From Prorocentrum cordatum (Eukaryota): a stretch of 64,000 nt of DNA. The notes under the pieces are model-generated. The model worked only from the letters and a program-made list of their open reading frames with translations. It was not told the DNA's origin and did no database searches. Position numbers and translations under genes: made by a program. Positions 21,557 through 34,960 of the stretch are shown here, in pieces (position 1 is the first letter of the stretch; each line of letters starts with the position of its first letter). The stretch is taken from the NCBI GenBank assembly GCA_963575745.1, contig CAUYUJ010000226.1, forward strand, positions 62,001-126,000. Reading direction: 5' to 3'.

Positions 21557-22004
21557 TTTTTTGAGTATTTTTTGTGTATTTTTCATTTTTCGTCGAAAAT
21601 CCCCATGCCATCTCGCGCAAGACCCGCTGGTGATACGGTCGGCCCGGAGTGGCAGGTCGGCCCTGCCGGCTCAAGGGGTGCCCTTTGTGTCCGGTGCCTC
21701 GCGACGCGTGCCTTCTGGCTCCGATGGCGATGCGGCCTTCGGGAGGGTCTCGCGTCCTCTCGCGTGTCCTCTCCAGTCCAGTCCGAGTGTGATCGGTCCG
21801 TTGCCGCAGACTCCTGAGCCTTTCCATTCTCCGCCCTCCCAGGAGGCCCCCTGAGCTCTGTAGAGAGCCCCATCGAGGGCATCGTGCGTGCCTTCGAGTC
21901 GCTCTGGGTCCGGCATGCTCCCGCGCGTGCGCGCACGAAGGCGCGGTACGCCCCGTGGTTTTGTCGCGCGAGGCCTCCCAGAGACGCAGAGAAGAGCGCG
22001 GGAG

Positions 22005-22085
22005 GGTACGTCGGCCTACTTCCTGGTCAACAACAACCTCGGCAGCAAGTATTCCGCGTGCGCGACCGTGATGTGGTCCAACATG
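22005..22085 (+). CDS. Exon C of EamA/DMT transporter
   Basis: AG acceptor; GTSAYFLVNNNLGSKYSACATVMWSNM resembles the start of the second EamA repeat (Y...L..KY....V..WS); GC donor at 22086. Confidence 0.75.
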
Positions 22086-22913
22086 GCCGGCAGGGATGGG
22101 ACGCTCTGGACAGGGGCAGGGGCAGGAGGGGCCCCTCTCCTCTCCTCGTCTCCACCCCCTTCTCTCCTCCCCTCCCTCCTCCCCCCCCGCCTCCGTCTTC
22201 CCTCTCCTCCTCCTGTCGTTCCCTCCCCTCCCCCCCTCCGTCTCTCCTCCCCCCTCCCCTTCCCGCCCCCCCTCCCCCCCCCCCCTCGCGCGGCGCAGGC
22301 GCGCCCAGCGCCCGGGGCGTGCGCCGCTCCTGCGAGCCTCTCCTGCGAGACAGCCGAGCACCCGAAGCAGTCGGCCACGCGCAGAAGGGGGGGCAGGTGA
22401 TCGTTGTCTTGGTCTCTGCTTCGCCGATCGGCGCGGGCCCTCGCGCCCCCTCCCCCCCCCCTCCAGGCCCCACGGAGTAAGTGGATCTTGGCTGCTGTTG
22501 GCGCCTGCTTCAAGCAGGTGGAGTCTCCCCCATGGGACGAACTGCTGCAAGCAGTCGCATTGAGCAGAGGTCAGGAGCCAGACCCCCCCCTCCCCCTGCC
22601 CCCCTTCCACCCAATGTCGAAACGCCGAATAAGAAAACGTTCTCGTGGGGATGAGGGGGGAATGCTTCTTAGAAGCAGCCCTGCGTCTTGGAAGACGCGG
22701 GCCTTCTCTGTAGATGTCAGGCCAGCGCCTTCTAAGAAGCAGCCTCCTTCGAAAAAGCCCTCCCCCTCTCCCCCTCATGACCCCCTTCCTTGTACGCGAG
22801 CCGCCAAAACAGGGCCGTGCCAGCTTCCAGCCCTCGCGGCCTCTCTGCGACCGACCTCGAAGTTTGCTGCGGGCGCCTGCCGGGCCCCGGGACCGTCAAG
22901 ACACGAGTCGGTC

Positions 22914-23081
22914 TACACCCTAGGCGATGCTTAAGAAAACCTAAGTTTTCGTCCAGAGTCTCGATTATTCTTACCTTTTCAATGTAAATCCCAAGATTTT
23001 GATAGAAGTTCTGGGTTTTGTTCAAGTTCTGAGACTATGAATTTCTTAACCCATGATTTCTTACGCATTTCGCAGGGTGTA
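22914..23081. mobile_element. Family C AT-rich MITE, TA-flanked (Tc1/mariner-like)
   Basis: TACACCCT...AGGGTGTA inverted ends; second copy at 28380-28548. Confidence 0.75.
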
Positions 23082-24070
23082 CGAAAAAGCCGACCGCGGG
23101 GAGGGGGGGTCGTGCCCCCCGGAGGCCGCGCACCGAACACATCGAGACGCAGGGCCTCTGGCTTCCGAGCCCTGCCCCCTGCGGGCCCGACCGATGCGCA
23201 GAGGGCGGACCGAGACGCACGCGCGGGCAGGAGGAGGGGGGGGAGGAGGAGGAGGAGGAGAAGAGAGAGGAGGAGGAGGAGGAGGGGAGGAGGATGAGGA
23301 GGAGGAGGAAGAGGAGGAGGAGGAGGGAGGAGGAGAGAGGGAGGGAGGAGGAGGAGGAGGCGGAGGAGGAGGAGGGGAGGAGAGGAGGGGGAGGGGAGGA
23401 GGAGGAGGAGGAGAGGAGGAGGAGGGAGGAGGAGGGAGGAGGAGGGGGAGAAGGAGGGTGGCCCGCGGGAGGCCCCCTCGCGTCGCCGCGGCCGCACGCA
23501 GCTCTGGCAGCTGGCTGCGCGTGGACCCCGGGAGGGGCCTGCGGGGACCCACTTGGAGCTGCCGCCGTCGCAGCTCGCCCTGCCCCGGCTCCACGCGCCG
23601 GGGGCGTGCCGGACGCCCCCGCCAAAAGTCGGGAGCCTTGAGACGGGGGTCAATACACACAGGGGTCAGCCAGGGCGCCAGATCCTGCAGGATCCTGCGA
23701 AGACCCCCTCTGGCTGACCCGGGTTAGGGAGCCGCTCGTGGCCGCGAGGCGGCCGCGCATATTGGCTGACCCGGGTTTGCGAAGATTTGCGTTGCAGCTT
23801 TTTTTTCCTGCATTGCAGTTTTTGGTTTCTTGCTGACCCGGGTCTGGATTGACCCGGGTCAGAAGATCCCCGATGCCGGACGCCCCCGCCAAAAAGGGGG
23901 CGCGTTTTCTGAAGTCGGGCCTGTCGTCCCTCTACAGGGGGAGTATTCAACAATTGACAAGAAGAGTCCGGGGATTCCTGTCTTGTGTCATGTTTTTGGC
24001 CGTGTTGGAATATTGCTCGAGTGCGTTTTAGCTTTCGTCGGAAACTCCCCTGTATGGGGGACACGCCCGA

Positions 24071-24266
24071 CTTACGGTAGGTTTGCGTCGTGTCGACCAG
24101 CGGCGACCCCAGCGCGGGCGTTCAAGGTTGAACGCCGCCGGCGACCCAGAATCGATCGATGTTGAACGATCGGACGTTGCGGCAGCGGCCGATCGTTCAA
24201 GGTTGAACGATCCCTGCGGTGTCAAAAACCAACGCTGGGGTCGGCACGACACGAACCTGCCGTAAG
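24071..24266. mobile_element. MITE-like inverted-repeat element
   Basis: CTTACGGTAGGTTTGCGTCGTGTCGA ... TCGGCACGACACGAACCTGCCGTAAG; two internal GTTCAAGGTTGAAC hairpins. Confidence 0.6.
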
Positions 24267-24497
24267 CGTTGTCGCACCCGGGCTGCAGACGGCCCGCCTT
24301 CTATATAGAGCCCGCCGCCCGGCCGCTCCGCTCTGGGCAGCAGCTCGGGGGCTCCGCGCTCGGGGGGGGGGGGACAAGGCACGGGCAACGGGGCCCCGGG
24401 GGCCCACCGGCGAAGAGGCACAAGTCCACCGATTTCCCCAAGAGTTCCCCACGCGTGCTGGATGTCCGTCGTCTCCCCCTCCGCTCCCCAGTACTTT

Positions 24498-24646
24498 CGG
24501 GTCGGGCGAAAGGGGGGGTTTGGGAAAGGGGGGGTCACGAAATCTGCTGCATGCAGCTGGAATCGGCCGGGAGGCGCCGGGGAAATCAGCTACGTGAGCC
24601 GATTCTCAACCCCCCCCTTTGCTATCCCCCCCTTTCGCCCGACCCG
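24498..24646. mobile_element. MITE-like inverted-repeat element
   Basis: CGGGTCGGGCGAAAGGGGGG ... CCCCCCTTTCGCCCGACCCG. Confidence 0.65.
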
Positions 24647-24846
24647 GTACGTCCCCTACTTTCTCGGAGGTCGGCGAGTCTGTCTGTGTCCGTGTGTGTC
24701 CTGTCCTCCGGAGCAGGCAGGGCCGCATGGACCCCCATCGCCCTTCCATCGCCGCTGGGGGCCTGATAGCCCCAACCCCCCCCCCAGGAGCGTGGGAGCG
24801 CGCTATCGGGGGCCCATCGCCGATTTATCGGCGATGGCGATGTATC

Positions 24847-25008
24847 GCAGGAGGGAAAGAAACACACAGACACAATGAATCGTCGATTCCCCAGAAAATA
24901 TGGGAACATATGGGAAGTGGGGGGAAGACGAAAACCCGGAACATGTGACAAAATATGGGGAATATGTTTATTTTTGTGTATTTATCTGTGTGTCCTTGGG
25001 CCCATTCA
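24847..25008 (+). mobile_element. Family A element
   Basis: Slightly diverged ends; TSD GTATC. Confidence 0.8.
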
Positions 25009-25636
25009 GTATCGCCGATTCCAGGCAGATGTGTCCTCCCCTTATGCCAGTCTCCCCCAAATCCTTGCCACTCGCTGGAGGCGGGCAGCGCCTCAGAGGG
25101 ACCCCGGAACGGCAGGGCCATTTTTTCACCGTGTCCAAAAAGTACTATCGAACATGTAAGCGGCAAGAACGCAACAAAGAAGACAAAATAATATGGAACA
25201 ACATAATATCGAACAAAATGAACATCGAACATGTAAGACCAGAAACGGCAACAAAACGGCTCCAGGATTGGAGCCGGAACTGGAGCCAGCGAAGAACGGC
25301 GACGGAGCCGACAAAAAACGGAGTCGGATCCGCCAAAAGAACAGCAAACCGGAACCGGTCACAAAAACGGACGTGTCGTTTTTAGGGCTTCCCCACCCAA
25401 CCGTTGCCCCTCGCTGTGGCGTCGCCCACATGGGAATAGGGGGAGGGGGGAAGGCTTCGTAATCAGGAGCACCCCTGCCTCCTCGAAGGCGCGGGCCTCG
25501 TCTGTGGATGACAGGCCGGCGCCCTCTGAGAAGCGGCCTCCTCCTGAGAAGCCTTCCCCCCCTCCGCCCTGCCCTCCCTCTGCGCGCCGCCAATCGCTGG
25601 AGGGGGCAGGGCTCGCACGTGGTCGCCCCTCTCCTG

Positions 25637-25799
25637 TCAGGAGGGAAAAAAACACACAGACACAATTAATCGTCGACTCCCAGGAAAATACGGGAAAATA
25701 TGGGAAGTGGTGGGGAAGACAGAAACCCAGAAAATGTGGGAAAATATGGGGAATATTTTTATTTGTGTGTATTTATTTGTGTGTCCCAGGGCCCCTTCA
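25637..25799 (+). mobile_element. Family A element with 45-bp flanking duplication
   Basis: Same ends; 25592-25636 repeated at 25800-25844. Confidence 0.85.
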
Positions 25800-25978
25800 A
25801 ATCGCTGGAGGGGGCAGGGCTCGCACGTGGTCGCCCCTCTCCTGGGCCAGCCCGAGGGGGGGGCGGCGAAGACTCGCCGCGCCTCGCGCACCGCGCCGCG
25901 GGCCGGAGGGGCGCCCGTCTCTCCGGGGAGGGGGCGGCGCGGGGGCGCGGAGGGGGGCGCGGTGCGGGCAGTCAGTCG

Positions 25979-26011
<33 letters not shown>

Positions 26012-26012
26012 T

Positions 26013-26177
26013 CACCACCCACCAAACCACCCCAACCCAACCCGAAGGCTCAGATTTACCCTCGATTTCCAGTGGGGGGGGGTCGGGAAACATCGAAAAA
26101 ACACATATGGAACCCTTACCCCCCCCAACCCGAAATTCGGGTCTTCGGGTTGGGTTGGGGTGGTCTGGTAGGTAGTC
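26013..26177. mobile_element. Family D MITE-like element
   Basis: ACCACCCCAACCCAACCCGAAG ... CTTCGGGTTGGGTTGGGGTGGT inverted ends; second copy ~42282-42457. Confidence 0.7.
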
Positions 26178-26702
26178 AGTCGAGAAGAAAAGGAAAAAGA
26201 AGAAGAAGGAACAAAAAGAAGACGAAGAAGAATAACAACACAACAAATGCCATAAACATACACTTTTGGTGCTCCGCGCGGGTTCCTTGGATCCGCGCTG
26301 GGGCCCCCTGGGCGGCGCCTCCGGCGCCGCCCCTGGCGCGCTCCGCGCGCCAGGGAGGGGGGGTCCAGCGCAGATCCAAGAAATCCGCGCGGACCGTCAA
26401 AAGGTTATAATTATGTTGTTTCTTCTTCCTGTAGTCAGGCACCCTGGATTTTTGCCCCCCCCGCCCGCCCTGCATCGCGCAGCGGGGATCTGTGCACAAC
26501 CGCCGCTTGGAAGATAAATGTTCGCAGACCTCTACGGGCGGTGGACATAACTGTATTCGGGCCCTTGGGGAGCCAAGTGACGTAGCACCCCGAAGCTGCG
26601 GATCAGTGAGGGGGCGGCGGGGACGTCGGCAGTCTGCGAGGTTCTGAAGAAGCCCGCTGCAGGCGCCTATTTTTGAAAAGTTCACTGAGAGTGGGGGGGC
26701 CG

Positions 26703-27308
26703 AACGGTCATTCACTGTCCCTTGGCCAGTGGCTGAGGTGAGGTTCCGCGGTGCGGATTATTGTTGTTGTTTGTTGTTGCGTGATTTGCTATCCGCTAAT
26801 TTTTGTCGTCGTCCCACCCGCGATCCGCCCGCGACCCGGCCCGCGAGCCACCGACATTGCTTGAACGAATAAATCGGCGCCTGCGGCGGACTCGTTGTGC
26901 AAACTGTAAAAAATGTAATGCCTGCGGCGGGCTTCTCTCAGAGCCTCGCAGACTGCCGACGTCCCCGCCACGCCCTCACTCTTATCCGCAATTGCGGGGG
27001 GCTAATTACGTACAACGAGGCCGCCGCAGGCGCTTACTTTTGGTGGGTGGGTGGGTCGGGATGGGTGGGTGGGTGGGTCGCGGGTTGGTCACAGGGGGGA
27101 TTGCGGGTGGATCGCGGGCGGGTCGCGGGGTGGTTCGCGGGCGGGACGCAGGAGGGTCACAGAGTGGGTCGCGGATTGCTCGCGGGCCGGATCACGCGTG
27201 GGACGACGACAATGGACAAACAACAAACAACACACAACAAACAACAGCGACAATCCGCACCGCGGAACCTCACGTCAGCCACGCGCCCAGGGACAGTGCA
27301 TGACCGTT
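26703..27308. mobile_element. ~600-bp element with long imperfect TIRs
   Basis: AACGGTCA..CACTGTCCCT..GTGAGGTTCCGCGGTGCGGATT / AATCCGCACCGCGGAACCTCAC..AGGGACAGTG..TGACCGTT; related fragments at ~40780-41220. Confidence 0.65.
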
Positions 27309-28379
27309 GGGCCCCCTCACTCCCGACATCCTTCTCCGCCGCCCGTCCCCGGGACGTCGGTTCCCGGGCGGCGGATCTGGATCAAGCCGCGCCTCGCCCT
27401 GCACCCCCGCTCGCGGCGGCCCTCCTCGCCCACCCCTCCGCGGCCCTCCGCTGCGCGGCGCGCGCGCGTGCGCGCGTCTCGTGCGCGTGACGCGGTCCGC
27501 TCGCCGGGGCGGCCAGCCGGCGGCAGCTCCTCGCGCCGGGGCCCCCCAGGGCTCGGGCGTGGCCAGAAGCGCCCCTGGGCCAAGGCGCCCCCAGGCTTCT
27601 CGGGGTGGCCCAGACGGTTTCCAGAGCACCCCTCACGAGGCCCAGGGGGCCCCAGCAAGGGGTACTTCTGGCAAAAGCCGAAGAGTGTGCCAGCCTCCGG
27701 CCAAGTGGGCCCGCGGCGAGCCGAGAGAGGATCGGCGGCGATCGAGGGGGGGGGGGAGAGAAGAAGAAGGCCTTCTCAGAAGGCGGTGGGACTTCGGACT
27801 TGTCTGAAGCCCTCGCGCCTTCTGCGAGGTTCTCTGCGCCTTCGTGGAAGGCTTAGTAGACTTCTCAGCAGAAGGCCGGGGGTCTTCCGAGCCTTCTGAG
27901 AAGGCCCGCCCCCTCTCGCTTCCCCCCCTCGCTCGCCGCCGAGAGAGGAGCCGCCCCGCCCCGGCGACGGGGTCCTGGCCCAGCCCCGCTGTTGCGCAGG
28001 GCAGGGCGGGGTCCAGCGGGGTGCGGGGTAGTCGGGGGGCACCGGCCGCGCGTGCGCGTCGGGGGCGGCAAAGAGGGGCGTGACGACTGGGGGGGGGATC
28101 TCATGGCGGGGGCCACGGTAGTTCTCCCGAGTTCATGGCGCCTCCTCTTATTTCACTACGCCCCCGGTTCCCCCCCTGGGCCGCGCACACGCCGCCGGCC
28201 ACGACTTGGACGCCCCCCTCGTGGACGCCCCCCTCGTGGACGCCCCCGAGCGAGGGGTGTGTGCCGAGGTTTCTTTGGCCGTGGGCCGGCGACGCGCAGG
28301 GGGGGGTGCGGGGGAGGGGGGAGGAATTCTCAGAAGCGCCCCTGTTCCTTTGAAGGCGCGGGCCTTGTCTCTGTACTTG

Positions 28380-28548
28380 TACACCTTAGGCGATGCTTAA
28401 GAAAACTCACATTTTCGGCCAGAGTCTCGATTATTCTTAACGTTTCAATGTAAATCCTAAGATTTTAATAGAAGTTCTGGGTTTTTATTCAAATTCTGAG
28501 ACTCTGAGTTTCTTAACCCATGATTTCTTAAGCATTTCGCAGGGTGTA
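28380..28548. mobile_element. Family C MITE, second copy
   Basis: High similarity to 22914-23081. Confidence 0.75.
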
Positions 28549-29514
28549 GGGCCGGGGCCTTCTGAGAAGCAGCCTCCTTCGAAGAGGCCTGCCCTCCTCC
28601 CCCTACCCCCCTCGTGCGAGCCGCCAAGGGTTGGCGGCAGGCCCCAGCTCGAAGGACGAAGGGGTCATCAGAATGATGCGTTCCGAGAGTCAGGGGAGGA
28701 AAATGGTACCCGTGCTGCTATCCTTTGGTGCATTTTCATTTTGGGGGGGCCTTCCGTGAGGCCCTCGTCGCCACCGCTGGATACGCCTCGAGGTCCTGGT
28801 CTGGACGCGCCCCAAGGAGAGGTCTGGGGAGTAGCGATATCGGTACCCTTTGGGTCCCCGATGATTTCGAGGATTTCTGGGACTCCCCGGGTTCTTGGAT
28901 GTTCCGAACGGGGCTGCAAAGACGAGGGCCATGCCATTCGGGGAATCCTGGAATTGCGCATCCTGAGCCAACATTGTCAGGAGAGATTCCCCTCCTACCA
29001 ACTCCCTTGTACCATTTTCGCACAGCGCGACGAGAGGGTACATGGGAGTGCCGAAATGGGAGGGAGCTCGCGTGGAACTCCCTAATTATGTGGCAAGATC
29101 TGCGTTCTGGGTGTTCGAAATTGGGCGGTCGGCCCGCGTGCGATCCCGCCCACTGGGGCCGCAGGTGGGGAACTCAGTGGAGGCGCGATCAGTGGAGAAT
29201 TCTGAGATGGGGTGCGAACCGCGCTGCAGGAACGCCCCCGGTGGGGACGCAGGTGGAACTCCGTCCACTCAGGACCTCGCCGAAACCTCAAGAGTATTCC
29301 GCCTCCTCCCCCTCGGGCTCCTCAACCTCGACCAGGGTGAGGAGGAGGACGAGAAGAAGAAGAAGAAGACGAAGAAGAATAAGAAAAAGGAAGAGGGGGA
29401 GGAGGACGAGGGCGAGGAGGAGGAGGAGAAGGACGAGGACGAGGACTGAGAGGAGAGAGGAGGAGGAGGAGGAGGAGGAGGAGGAGGAGGAAGGAGAGGA
29501 GGGGACGACGACGA

Positions 29515-29560
<46 letters not shown>

Positions 29561-29620
29561 GAGGACGAGGACGAGGACGAGGACGAGGAGGAGGACGAGG
29601 AGGAGGGCGATGGTGGGCAG

Positions 29621-29716
29621 ATTGGCGCCACCCTGCTGCTGCTCACCCAGTGGCTGGCGCTCTCCTGCCCGCCCCTGATGGGCCTGCTGTGCTACAGCAG
29701 CCTGCCGAGCCTCCAG
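29621..29716 (+). CDS. Exon D of EamA/DMT transporter
   Basis: CAG acceptor; IGATLLLLTQWLALSCPPLMGLLCYSSLPSLQ (32 codons, high GC3); CAG|GC donor. Confidence 0.75.
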
Positions 29717-29756
29717 GCTGGGCGGGGAAGCGCCTCCTGTCGGCGGGCACGGGCCC

Positions 29757-30580
29757 CCCTCCTCCTCTTCCTCCTCCTCCGCCTCATCCTCCTCCCTCCT
29801 CCTCCTGCTCGTTCCTCCTCCTCCTCCTCCTCCTCCTCCCTCCTCCTCCTCCTCCCTCCCTCCTCCTTCCCGTCCTCCCCCTCCTTCTCCCCCCTTCCCC
29901 TATCCTCCTCCTCCTCCTCCTCCGCCTCCTCTCCTCTCCTCCTCCTCCTCTTCCTCCTCCTCCGCCTCCCTCCTCCTCCTTCCCTCCCTCCCTCTCCTCC
30001 CCCTCCCCCTCTCCTCCTCCCCCTCGCCCCCTCCCCCTCATCCTCCTCCTCCTCCTCCTCCTCCTCCTTCCTCCTTCTCCTCCTCCTCTCCTCTCTCCTC
30101 CTCCTCCTCCCCTCCCCCCTTCTCCTCCCCTCCACCTGCTCCTTCCCCGCCTCCTCCCCCTCCCCTCCTCCTCCTCCGCCCTCCTCCTCTCGCCTCCCCT
30201 CATCCTCCTTCCATCCTCCTCCTCCTTCCCTCCTCCCCCTCCTCCCCCTCCCCCGCTCCACTCTCCCCTCCCCTCTCCCCCCTCCCCTTTTCCTCCTCTC
30301 CTCCTACTCCAACTCCTCCTCCTCCTCCTCCCGCCGCTCCTCCTCCTCCCTCACTCCTCCTCCTACTCCTCCTCCTCCTCCTCCTCCTCCTCCCCCTCCG
30401 TCCTTCCCCGCCGCCTTCCCCTCTCATCCTCTGCCATCCTCCTACTCCTCCTCCTCTCCTCCTTCACCTCCGCCTCCTCCTCCCTCCCCTCCCCCTCTCA
30501 CTCCCCCTCCCCCTCTTCCCCCCCCCCTCTCTCGCCGCCTCCTCCTCCTCCTCCTCCTCCTCCTTCTACTCTTCCTCCCC
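29757..30580. repeat. (CCT)n/(GGA)n low-complexity tract, representative of many (e.g. 420-835, 6005-6370, 32385-32915, 39810-40690, 55150-55640)
   Basis: Direct inspection; source of the poly-P/E/R/L/S ORFs. Confidence 0.95.
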
Positions 30581-33500
30581 ATGCTCTCAGAACATGCCGT
30601 GCAAACCCCAAACATCTCTCGGAGCCTCCGCCCATGAGCGGGGAAGCCCATCCCGGCGGCGGGTTCCCCAACATATTTATACTCCCCCGTGCGAACCGAG
30701 AAATATTATGGTATATGCGTCGTGGCGGGCGCTTTCTGGCCACACCGCTCGGGGAACGATACACTACATGGTGGGTATACTATATGTTCGGCTTGAACGC
30801 GCGCCTCCACGGAAGACATACAGTATCGGTCTGTCTCTGTGCGTCCCATCCCGGTGGCGGGCACGGGCCCAGGCCTCCCACCGCGTGTCGCCTTACCTTC
30901 CGTCGGGCGTGCCTCCCTGAACGAGGAAGATTCAAAATTAGCAAAAAAATGCTCAGGGGGATATTGTTGGAGCATTTGTTTAACCATTGTTGAGCACTGT
31001 TTGCGTATTTTTTGATGTTTCGTCCACAATCCGCCTGTAGGGGGACATGCCCGACCGAACCCTTCCCTGAGGAGGCTCCCACCTGCTTCTGCAGGAAGCC
31101 CGTGCGCGCGGGCCCCTCTACGGCCGGGCGTCCTCCAGGCCACCCAGGTGCGCCCCGGGGTTGCCAAGGCAATGCCAAGGCAATGCCGAGCCATGCAGCG
31201 CCAGGCCATGCAAAGCTGATGCCAAGCGTCGCCTCGCAATGCCGGGTAGCGCCAAGCAGCGCCAAGCACTGGCCTGCGGCACCAGGCAATGCTAAGCACA
31301 CGCCTATAGGACCATCCCTCGGGTGAATCGGAGGTTTGGGGGGAGGGGAACATGCTGACGACAGTTGCGATGAATATGATGGTGTCGATGCCGGCGACGA
31401 TGCATGGTAACGATGCGTGTGGACGCCATCGGGACACCAGGTGGGCACCATCGGAACCCCAGCGGCACACCACGTGGACACCATCGGAACACCATCGGAA
31501 CACCATCGGTACACCATCAGGACACCATCAGAACACCATCGGGACACCATCGGGACACCCCCGAGGCCACCGCCAGTCAATTGGGGCCACCGCCAGCCAA
31601 CCTGGCGGAGAATCATGTGGCCCGGTTTTGCCCCAGCAACGGAGAGTTCTGTCCTTTCGCCCGTCCATGTAGCCTCGCCTCGCCCGCCCGCTCGCACGAC
31701 ACGAAGCCGAAACCAATTTCCCAGTTCGGGGCCTCCGTTTCGTGTCGATGTTGGCCCCCCAACCTCCGATTCCAGGCAATGCAGAGTAATGCCAAGCAGT
31801 GCCATGTAACTATTGGGTAAGCAACGCCAAGCCACGCAAAGCTCTACCAAGCAGCGAGAGGCAGTGCCAAGCAACACGGAGCAATGCGCACACAAATGCC
31901 AAGCAACGATTCTAGGCAATGCCAAGCGCTCAAGCGCTTAGAAGAAAGAGGGTCCCTAACTGGGTTCGTGCCGGGCTCATTTTCAAGCCCGGACCTATTT
32001 TTTTCGATTTCGGGTTCTGGCGGCCCCCGTTGTTCTATCAAAAGGGATCCGTCTTCGGATGTCAGAAAGAGCGCATTTCTGTGGTCGCTTGGAGGGGGGG
32101 GGTTGGAACAGGACCCCCCCCTCCCCCCCCTGGATGGAGGGGGGGGTTCGAACGTGACGGACGTCAGCGCACCTCCAGCGCCGCAGAAGACACAGTTTTA
32201 CCTCCGCCGCGGCGAGCGGTGCCGGGCTCCGGGGGCCCGCAACGAGAGAAGTGTCGCGCGGCGCAGAGCTCGTCCCGGGGGTCGGTGTCGAGGGCCGCCT
32301 CCCGGGGTGCCGCCTCCCGGGCCCTCTGCGGAAGCCGGGAGGGTGCCCAGCTGCGTTGGAGAGGCGGCGTGGGGAGGCGGCGGGGTGAGGAGGAGGAGGG
32401 GACGAGGAGGAGGAGGAGGAGGAGGAGGAGGAGGAGGAGGAGGAGGAGGGGAGGAGGAAGAGGAGGGAGGAGGAGGAGGAAGGAGGAGGAGGAAGGAGGA
32501 GGGGTGAGGAGGAGTGAGGAGGAGGAAGGCGGAGGAGGAGGGAGGAGAGATAGGAGGAGGAGTGAGGAGGAGGAGGAGGAGGGAGGAGGAGGGGAGGATG
32601 AGGAGGAGGAGGAGGGGGAGGAGGAGGAGGAGAAGGAGGGGGAGGAGGAGGAGGAGGAGGAGGAGGAGAAGGAGGAGGGAAGGAGGATGAGGAGGAGGAG
32701 GAGGAGGAGGGGTGAGGAAGATGGGTGATGATGAGGAGGAGGAGGAGGACGAGGAGGCGGAGGAGGAGGAGGAGGAGGAGGAGGGGAGGAGGAGGAGGAG
32801 GAGGGAGGAGGAGGAGGAGAGGAGGAGGAGGAGGAGGAGGCGGAGGAGGAGGAGGAGGAGGAGGAGGAGGAGAGGAGGAGGAGGAGGAGGAGGAGGAGGA
32901 GGAGGAGGAGGGGATGGACAGGAAGGGAGAGGCGGGACTCGGGCCAGCCGTTCACTGTGCACCAGGCATGGTTGAGAGGCGGGCCGGTTGGGGATCAGCG
33001 CGCGAGCCAGGCCGCCGATCGGCCCGACTCGCCCGAGCCAGTCTGCCGGCGGACAAGAGCAACGCCAAGCAGTGCCGAGCAGCGTCAGACAAAGGCAGCA
33101 GTGCCGAGCAGTGCCCCGCAGTGGCGAGCAACGCAAGCAAACACGCCCTTCAGTGCCGAGCAACGCCAAGACAGGGCCGACTGCCGCGTACAATCATGGG
33201 TGTATGATCGCTGAAGGCGCACTGACTGTGAACCGGACTTGAGGGGGAGCGAGAAGCCGCGTAAGTGCAATCGGTGTGTCAAGGCTCAAGCAGTATCTTT
33301 ACGTAGTTTGGGGTGCAGTCTCAGTTCGATTCGTGTCGCAATTCAGTCATCGTCTGCTACTGTTCGGGCGTATCCCAACGCCGCAAGGTAGTGTAGTTTC
33401 TTCTGAGCTGTGGAAGGTAGCTTAGGATGGTATAAGGTTTGTCTTTCAGACGCAACGGGACGGAGGCTTACATCACGTGGTGGGCAAGAGCAAGAAAAGC

Positions 33501-34043
33501 GCAAGTGAGGCCACAAGTTCGGCGGCGGTCGACCGTTGAGACTTTCCTCCTTCTTCTCCTCCTCCTCCTCCCCCTCGTCATCCTACCTCCCCCTGCCCCG
33601 GCCCCTTTCCGACCAATGTGCCCTGCGTGACCCCAATTGGGGAACGCTTCCGAAGCGGCCTTTCTTGGAATCGTTTGGTATTGCATTGCATTTCGCGGTA
33701 TCGCGTCGATTTGCATCGCTTTCCGTTGTTTCGCGTTGCTTGGCATGTCTTGGCGCTGCTTGGCGTTGCGAGTTGCCGCTTGGCGTTGCTTGACATTGCT
33801 CGTCATTGCTTTGCAGTGCTTGGCGGACTAGCTGGAGGCAGAACAGAAACATGGGCCGGGATTTTACTTTAGGGCGGAGGAGGAGGAGAAAGGGAGGAGG
33901 AGGGGTAGGGCCTTCTGAGAAGTCCCGCGGCCTTCTGAGAAGACCTCCTCTCTCCTTCCCCCCCCCCCCCCCTCGCGCTGGCCGCCGATGCGCCCCCGTT
34001 CAGCTGAGACCCCCTTCACGACGCCCCGACCGCACCCGCGCAG

Positions 34044-34106
34044 GCCAAGTGCCTCGCCCAGGGCTTCAGCGTCCCCGCGGAGGTCCTCCCACCCCTGAGC
34101 TACGAG
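34044..34106 (+). CDS. Exon E of EamA/DMT transporter
   Basis: CAG|G acceptor; AKCLAQGFSVPAEVLPPLSYE (21 codons); GAG|GC donor; continues into VVICTIVAW. Confidence 0.75.
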
Positions 34107-34356
34107 GCGGCTGCCGGGGACGGCCTTCCGCGGGGGGTTGGGGGGGCGGAGGGGCTCCTCGGCGGCGAGGGCGCCGAGCGGCGCAGGGGCGAGGGCGAGG
34201 GCGGAGGAGGGCGAGGAGGATCGGAGGCTGGCGAGGGCGAGGAGGAGGGCGAGGGCGAGGAGGAGGGAGGCGAGGAGGAGGGGGAGGGGGCGAGGGCGAG
34301 GAGGAGGGCGCAGAGGAGGAGGGCGAGGAGGAGGGCGAGGCGGATCGGAGGAGGAT

Positions 34357-34960
34357 GTGTGGCAGGGTCATGAGGTGATCACCGTCTCAGCTTTCCCACG
34401 CCCCGCACGTGTGGCAGGGCTACGTCTGGAATTCTCACCATTTCAGCTCTCCTGACTCGCGAACGTGTGGCAGGGCTGTGGACGTCTCACCATCTCGGCT
34501 TTCTCGAGGCACGAGCCTGTGGCCTCCCATGGGGTCGGAGTCGATGGGCTCGGAGGATCGCGCCGCATTGCCGATGCATCGCCCATGCGGCTCGTTGCGG
34601 GGCCCGATTGCCTCCGCGCCGACGTCGAGGATGCGTCGCCGATGCATCGCCGATGTCGGAGACGGAGGATGATGGCGAGGAGGATCGGAGCTAGTGTGTG
34701 GAAGAGAACTGGGGTTCTCACCATTTCAGTTTCCCTGACTCGCGAAGATGTGGCAGGGCTATGGGATTCTCATTGTTTCAGCTTTCCTAACTCACGAACG
34801 TGGGGCAGGGCTTTGGAATTCTCACCACTTCAGCTTTCCTAGCGAATGTGTGGCAGGGCTACGGGAGTCTTACCGTTTCAGCTTTCCTAATTCACGAACG
34901 TGTGGCAGAGCCATGGGATTCTCACCAGTTCAGCCTTCCCAAGTTACGAACGTGTGACAG
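34357..34960. repeat. ~52-bp tandem repeat interrupted by an insert at ~34520-34690
   Basis: GTGTGGCAGGGCT...TCTCACCATTTCAGCTTTCC units. Confidence 0.75.
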
